Below, piece by piece: positions 25,699 through 32,000 of a stretch of 32,000 nt of DNA (positions are counted from its first letter, which is position 1; every line of letters begins with the position of its first letter). Under the pieces are notes generated by a model. The model did no database searches and had not been told where the DNA came from. It saw only the letters and a list, made by a program, of their open reading frames with translations. The translations under genes were made by a program, and so were the position numbers. Where the stretch lies: positions 1,110,001-1,142,000 of the forward strand of contig NC_000964.3 in the NCBI RefSeq assembly GCF_000009045.1, in the 5' to 3' direction. The DNA comes from Bacillus subtilis subsp. subtilis str. 168 (GTDB taxonomy: Bacteria; Bacillota; Bacilli; Bacillales; Bacillaceae).

Positions 25699-26136
25699 CT
25701 AACGTTCCATCAGATAGTATAGGAACCAGACAGCGTGATTTTGTTCATCACGTGCTGCGCGCGTAAAGACGCCTTTCGCTTTTAAGTTTGACGTTTCCTC
25801 GGCCGCACGCAAGTAAAAGTCGACGGTTTCTTGTTCATCTTTAAAAGCGGCGTCCAGTCCTCTTGTGAAATTGTCCGGGCATTCTTCCGTTTGTTTCGGC
25901 ATGATGTGTTTGCCGGTAATTGAACCATACAGTGTGGAAAATTCACGGAGGTGGCGAATCTCGTCACGCCTGATTTCTTCAATCTGTTTTCTGACCTCAT
26001 CGCTGTGGGCGAGTTCGGCAAGCTTGCGGTAGCATTGAATAGCACTGAATTCTCCGTTGATGGCCTTCTGCAAATTCCGAATCAAAACAGGATCTTCCCG
26101 GTATGGCACCGGATAGGGATAGTAGCTGTAATGCAA
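25699..26136 (-). CDS. yhjR: Ferritin-like / rubrerythrin-type di-iron four-helix-bundle protein with a Tyr/Pro-rich N-terminus
   Basis: The protein is 145 aa, with a TTG start (plus caa, 26134-26136) and GGAG about 10 nt upstream. It carries two ExxH motifs (DEIRH, DEQNH) plus upstream Glu residues. The N-terminus is MHYSYYPYPVPY. Confidence 0.8.
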   Translation of the reverse strand: MHYSYYPYPVPYREDPVLIRNLQKAINGEFSAIQCYRKLAELAHSDEVRKQIEEIRRDEIRHLREFSTLYGSITGKHIMPKQTEECPDNFTRGLDAAFKDEQETVDFYLRAAEETSNLKAKGVFTRAARDEQNHAVWFLYYLMER

Positions 26137-26208
26137 GGGGATTCAACTCCATTCTTAGGAATTGGGCTTCTGTAAAAGTATATGTTGGGCAGGGAGAGAT
26201 GTGCGGAG

Positions 26209-26287
26209 ATAATCAGCTTTTTATATGTGAAAAGGCCGTTTTTACCAATAGATCAGATTGGTCATTTTCGTCAACATTCGATAAAAT
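26209..26287 (+). promoter_or_regulatory. ComK box (8-bp spacer) followed by a candidate sigmaA promoter for addBA
   Basis: The first AT-box is ATAATCAGCTTTT (26209-26221). An 8-bp spacer, tatatgtg, follows. The second AT-box is AAAAGGCCGTTTT (26230-26242, perfect AAAA-N5-TTTT). Downstream are a -35 TTGGTC (26258-26263) and a -10 ATAAAA/TAAAAT (26281-26287), with a 17-18 nt spacer. Confidence 0.65.
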
Positions 26288-26319
26288 ATAGAGAGATAAA
26301 AAGAGAGGGGTCTTCTAAT

Positions 26320-29300
26320 TTGGGAGCAGAGTTTTTAGTAGGCAGGTCCGGGAGTGGAAAAACGAAGCTGATCATCAACAGCATTCAGGATGAATTGCGC
26401 CGGGCTCCATTCGGGAAGCCGATCATTTTTCTAGTCCCGGATCAAATGACGTTTTTAATGGAATACGAGCTTGCTAAAACGCCAGATATGGGCGGGATGA
26501 TACGCGCTCAAGTGTTCAGTTTTTCACGATTGGCCTGGCGCGTCCTCCAGCATACGGGAGGAATGAGCAGGCCGTTTCTGACGAGCACCGGCGTACAAAT
26601 GCTCCTGCGGAAGCTCATTGAGGAGCATAAACAGGAGTTCAAAGTCTATCAAAAAGCGAGTGACAAAAGCGGGTTTACCGCACAGGTTGAGCGGATGCTG
26701 ACAGAGTTTAAGCGCTATTGTCTGGAACCGGAGGATATCCGCCGGATGGCGGAAAGCGGAACGGCTTCCGAGTATCGCGGAGAACGTGTTTTATCTGAAA
26801 AGCTCCATGACTTATCAATTCTGTATCAGCAAATGGAAAAAAGCCTCGCAGATCAATATCTTCACTCTGAGGATTATTTGACATTGCTGGCAGAGCATAT
26901 CCCGCTTGCGGAAGATATAAAAGGCGCCCATATCTATGTGGATGGCTTTTATCAGTTTACCCCGCAGGAATTCAGGGTGTTGGAGCAGCTTATGGTTCAT
27001 GCGGAGCATATCACGTTTTCGCTCACAGCGGACAAGCCGTCATATGAGCGGGAGCCGCATGAACTGGAATTGTTCAGAATGACGGGGAAAACCTATTACC
27101 GCCTGCATCAGAAGGCGAAGGAACTGAATTTGGACATTACGTATAAAGAGCTGAGCGGGACTGAGCGGCATACAAAGACGCCGGAATTGGCGCATCTAGA
27201 GGCACAGTATGAAGCGCGTCCGGCCATTCCATACGCAGAAAAACAAGAAGCCCTTACTGTGATGCAGGCCGCAAACAGACGAGCTGAGCTGGAAGGCATT
27301 GCTCGGGAAATTCACGCCCTAGTCAGAGAGAAGGGATATCGCTATAAGGATGTAGCAATTCTTGCGCGCCAGCCGGAAGACTACAAGGATATGGTGAAGG
27401 AAGTTTTCGCAGATTACGAGATTCCTTATTTCATTGACGGAAAAGCATCTATGCTGAACCATCCGTTAATTGAATTTATCCGGTCGAGCCTTGATGTTCT
27501 GAAAGGGAATTGGCGTTATGAAGCGGTGTTTCGCTGCGTGAAAACCGAACTGCTATTCCCGCTCAATGAACCGAAGGCCAAAGTGAGAGAACAGGTCGAT
27601 CAGCTCGAAAATTACTGTATCGCCTATGGTATTAAAGGCGACCGCTGGACAAAGGGCGATCGGTTCCAATACAGGCGTTTTGTGTCATTGGATGATGATT
27701 TTGCGCAGACTGATCAGGAAATCGAAATGGAAAACATGTTGAATGACACCCGCGATTGGATTGTTCCGCCGCTTTTTCAGCTTCAAAAACGCATGAAAAA
27801 AGCGAAGACGGTTCAAGAGAAGGCGGAGGCGCTCTATCGTTATTTAGAAGAGACGGATGTGCCGCTGAAGCTGGATCAGGAAAGGCAGCGTGCTGAGGAT
27901 GACGGCAGAATCATTGAAGCGCAGCAGCATCAGCAGGCGTGGGACGCAGTCATTCAGCTGCTTGAGGAGTTTGTTGAAATGATGGGAGATGATGAGATTT
28001 CTCTTGATTTGTTTCAGCAAATGATAGAAGCCGGCGCGGAGTCGCTTACATTTTCTCTAATTCCGCCTGCGCTTGACCAGGTGTTTGTCGGCAATATGGA
28101 TTTGTCCAGAATGTATGGCACCTCCTGCACCTTTGTGCTCGGGGCAAACGACGGCGTTCTGCCGGCACGCCCTGATGAAAACGGGGTCCTGTCGGATGAT
28201 GACCGGGAATGGCTGAAAACGATTGGGGTTGAGCTATCCTCAGGCGGACGAGAGCGTTTGCTTGATGAGCACTTCCTCATCTACATGGCGTTTTCAAGTC
28301 CGTCTGACCGGCTTTACGTATCGTATCCGATTGCTGATGCGGAAGGAAAAACGCTTTTGCCGTCGATGATCGTTAAGCGGCTGGAAGAACTGTTTCCGCA
28401 TCATAAGGAGCGCCTGTTAACAAATGAACCTGAACAGGTCAGCGATGAGGAACAGCTGATGTATGTTGTGAATAAAAGCGTGGCACAGTCCTTTACCGCG
28501 AGCCAGCTCAGGTTATGGACTCGGGAATACGACATCAGCGACGTCTGGTGGAGCACGTACAATGTGCTGATGAGTGAGCAGGACAGGCTGCAATCGAAAA
28601 AGCTGTTCTCAAGCCTGTTTTTCCGGAATGAAGTGAAGCAGCTTGAACGCAGCGTGTCGAGACAGCTCTATGGTGAACGTATTCAGGGCAGTGTATCGAG
28701 AATGGAAACCTTTAACGCATGCCCGTTTTCCCATTTTGCGTCACACGGGCTGCATTTGAAGGAACGGCAATTCTTCAAGCTTGAAGCACCGGATATCGGC
28801 CAGCTGTTTCATTCCAGCTTAAAGCTGATTTCGGACAGGCTGCGTGAGCAAAAGCTGGATTGGCGCGATTTAACGAAGGAGCAGTGCGAGCTGTTTTCCT
28901 ATGATGCGGTAGAGCGGCTGGCACCGAAACTGCAAAAGGAAATTCTGCTCAGCTCAAACCGGCATTATTATGTGAAGGAAAAACTGCAAAAAATTGTGAC
29001 ACGTGTGTCCGGCATTTTAAGCGAGCATGCGAAAGCGAGCGGATTCGTACCGATCGGGCTTGAACTGGGCTTTGGAGGAAAAGGGCCGCTTCCGCCGCTG
29101 ACCTTTCAACTGAAAAACGGCTGTACGATGGAACTCGTCGGGCGAATTGACCGTGTTGATAAGGCTGAAAGCTCAAAAGGCCTGCTCCTCAGGATTGTCG
29201 ATTATAAATCAAGCGACAAAGGCCTTGACTTAGCGGAAGTATATTACGGATTGGCACTGCAAATGCTGACGTACCTTGATTTATCGATTACACATTCAGC

Positions 29301-29820
29301 TGACTGGCTCGGGATGAGGGCGACGCCTGCCGGAGTGCTGTATTTCCATATTCATGACCCGATGATTCAATCTAATCTCCCGCTTGGGCTTGACGAGATT
29401 GAACAGGAGATCTTTAAGAAATTTAAAATGAAGGGCTTGCTCCTCGGTGATCAGGAAGTGGTTCGCCTCATGGATACAACCCTTCAAGAGGGACGTTCAA
29501 ATATCATAAACGCCGGCTTGAAAAAAGACGGCTCTCTCAGATCAGACTCAGCAGCAGTCGGTGAAAAGGAATTTGATCTTTTGACAAAGCATGTGCGCCG
29601 CACCTTCCAAGAAGCGGGCGAACAAATCACCGACGGGCGCGTATCCATTGAGCCGTACAAAATGAAGAACAAGACGCCGTGCACATACTGTGCGTTCAAA
29701 TCAGTATGCCAATTTGATGAATCACTGGAAGAAAACGAGTATCGCCCATTAAAGGCTGAAAAGGACAAGACAATACTTGAGTGGATAAAAAAGGAGGCGG
29801 ATGGCAATGAACATTCCTAA
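26320..29820 (+). CDS. addB: ATP-dependent helicase/nuclease subunit AddB
   Basis: The protein is 1166 aa from the TTG at 26320, with GAGAGGGG upstream ([17 protein letters not shown]...). It has a Walker A motif, GRSGSGKT. The C-terminal nuclease domain has four Cys of an Fe-S cluster (CPFSHF...[10 protein letters not shown]). The 46 upstream codons of the track ORF cover the promoter and ComK box and are not coding. Confidence 0.93.
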
Positions 29821-32000
29821 ACCGGCAGACAGCACATGGACAGATGACCAATGGAATGCCATTGTTTCAACCGGCCAGGATATTCTTGTGGCAGCGGCTG
29901 CGGGCTCTGGTAAAACCGCTGTGCTCGTTGAACGAATGATTCGGAAAATCACCGCGGAGGAAAACCCAATAGATGTAGACCGTCTTCTCGTTGTGACATT
30001 TACAAACGCCTCAGCGGCAGAGATGAAGCACCGAATCGCAGAAGCCTTGGAAAAAGAGCTTGTACAGCGCCCCGGCTCGCTGCATATTAGACGCCAGCTG
30101 TCTCTTTTAAACCGGGCCAGCATTTCGACGCTCCATTCCTTTTGCCTGCAAGTGCTGAAGAAATATTACTACTTGATCGATCTTGATCCGGGCTTTCGGA
30201 TAGCTGATCAGACGGAAGGCGAGCTGATCGGGGATGAAGTGCTTGACGAGCTGTTTGAAGACGAATACGCAAAGGGCGAAAAGGCGTTTTTTGAGCTTGT
30301 TGACCGCTATACGACAGACCGGCATGATCTGGATCTGCAATTTCTCGTTAAACAGGTGTACGAGTATTCCCGATCCCATCCCAACCCGGAGGCGTGGCTG
30401 GAAAGCTTTGTTCATTTGTATGATGTATCAGAAAAGAGCGCCATCGAGGAGCTGCCGTTTTATCAATATGTCAAAGAAGATATTGCAATGGTGCTTAACG
30501 GGGCGAAGGAAAAGCTCTTGCGCGCGCTTGAGCTGACGAAAGCGCCGGGCGGCCCGGCGCCGCGTGCTGACAATTTTCTTGATGATCTTGCTCAGATTGA
30601 TGAACTGATTCAGCATCAGGACGATTTCAGTGAACTATATAAGCGGGTGCCCGCCGTCTCTTTTAAGCGTGCCAAAGCAGTAAAAGGGGATGAGTTCGAT
30701 CCAGCGCTCCTTGATGAGGCGACAGATTTGAGGAACGGCGCAAAAAAACTGCTTGAAAAGCTCAAAACCGACTACTTCACGCGAAGTCCTGAACAGCACT
30801 TGAAAAGCCTAGCCGAGATGAAGCCTGTCATTGAAACGCTCGTACAGCTTGTCATCAGCTATGGAAAACGATTCGAAGCTGCGAAACAGGAAAAATCAAT
30901 CATCGATTTTTCGGATTTGGAGCATTACTGTTTAGCGATTTTGACAGCTGAGAATGACAAAGGTGAACGTGAGCCGAGCGAGGCTGCAAGGTTTTATCAG
31001 GAACAGTTTCATGAGGTGCTCGTTGACGAATATCAGGATACCAACCTCGTGCAGGAATCGATTCTGCAGCTCGTCACAAGCGGTCCGGAGGAGACTGGTA
31101 ACCTGTTTATGGTAGGAGATGTCAAACAGTCGATTTATCGATTCAGGCTTGCGGAGCCGCTTCTTTTCCTCTCTAAATACAAACGGTTTACAGAGAGCGG
31201 AGAAGGCACGGGGCGGAAAATCGATTTAAATAAAAATTTCCGAAGCCGGGCTGATATTTTAGACAGCACAAACTTTTTATTTAAACAGCTGATGGGCGGC
31301 AAAATCGGTGAGGTCGATTATGACGAGCAGGCTGAGCTGAAGCTTGGTGCAGCGTATCCGGACAATGACGAGACGGAAACAGAGCTGCTGCTGATCGACA
31401 ACGCAGAAGATACGGATGCAAGCGAGGAAGCAGAAGAGCTTGAAACGGTGCAGTTTGAGGCAAAAGCCATCGCTAAGGAAATTCGTAAGCTGATTTCATC
31501 GCCGTTTAAGGTGTATGACGGAAAAAAGAAAACACATCGCAATATTCAATACCGAGATATCGTGATTTTGCTCCGTTCGATGCCGTGGGCTCCGCAAATC
31601 ATGGAGGAGCTGAGAGCACAGGGCATACCGGTTTACGCCAATTTAACGTCAGGCTATTTTGAAGCGGTCGAAGTCGCCGTCGCGCTTTCTGTGCTGAAGG
31701 TGATTGATAATCCGTATCAGGATATACCGCTTGCCTCTGTGCTGCGCTCACCGATTGTCGGAGCAGATGAAAACGAGCTGTCTTTGATCCGGCTTGAAAA
31801 TAAAAAAGCGCCGTACTATGAGGCGATGAAAGACTACCTGGCTGCTGGTGACCGGAGCGATGAGCTTTATCAAAAGTTAAATACGTTTTACGGACATCTG
31901 CAAAAATGGCGCGCGTTTTCGAAAAACCACTCAGTATCTGAGCTGATTTGGGAAGTGTACCGCGACACCAAATATATGGATTATGTCGGCGGCATGCCGG
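29807..32000 (+). CDS. addA: ATP-dependent helicase/nuclease subunit AddA, N-terminal about 731 codons; continues past the right edge of the window
   Basis: The open frame, absent from the track because it runs off the edge, starts at the ATG at 29807 with AAGGAGG 8 nt upstream. It translates [44 protein letters not shown]. It has the UvrD-type motifs DEYQDTN and [12 protein letters not shown]. It overlaps the addB end by 14 nt. Confidence 0.93.

Noticed and set aside
26182-26319. The N-terminal 46-codon extension of addB in the ORF track, with similar extensions for hemAT (3919-4002), yhfW (5587-5646), yhxD (8634-8738) and yhjO (23385-23444).
   Set aside because: The extensions lack an SD and overlap promoters or operators. 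In every case an in-frame start with a properly spaced SD lies downstream and gives the protein length I remember for the B. subtilis orthologs.

Overview
The window reads as a Bacillus subtilis 168-type chromosomal segment running from yhfS to addA. I identified it by recognising protein sequences from memory (ComK, HemAT, SipV, NtdA/B/C, GlcP, AddB/AddA); no search was possible. I support 29 CDS, two of them truncated by the window edges, plus about 10 intrinsic terminators and several regulatory sites readable directly in the DNA. The regulatory sites are a BirA-type operator in front of bioY(yhfU)-yhfT-yhfS, ComK boxes in front of comK (31-bp spacer) and addAB (8-bp spacer), a SigB-type promoter for yhxD, a SigD-type -10 for hemAT, and a cre/LacI-type palindrome between ntdA and ntdR. 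There are no rRNA or tRNA genes, CRISPR arrays, transposases, integrases or phage genes. Many longest-ORF starts in the supplied track are too long, and I re-set them using Shine-Dalgarno spacing; seven genes appear to start with TTG. I do not see a clear, wholly undescribed multi-gene system, because most of the window is recognisable core or accessory Bacillus DNA. Five loci are the most worthwhile for follow-up. (1) An 18-bp palindrome is shared by the yhjG (flavin monooxygenase) and yhjH (MarR) promoters, implying an uncharacterised repressor/monooxygenase module. (2) The biotin-operator-controlled bioY / acyl-CoA ligase / thiolase operon has no known chemistry. (3) A low-GC island of about 5.9 kb carries glcP-ntdCBA and ntdR (kanosamine/neotrehalosadiamine). 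(4) yhjP (SgrR-like) and yhjO (MFS) are divergent, with an all-GC hairpin able to sequester the yhjO ribosome-binding site. (5) yhjR and yhjQ form a ferritin-like / Cys-rich copper-storage tandem separated by nested palindromes.
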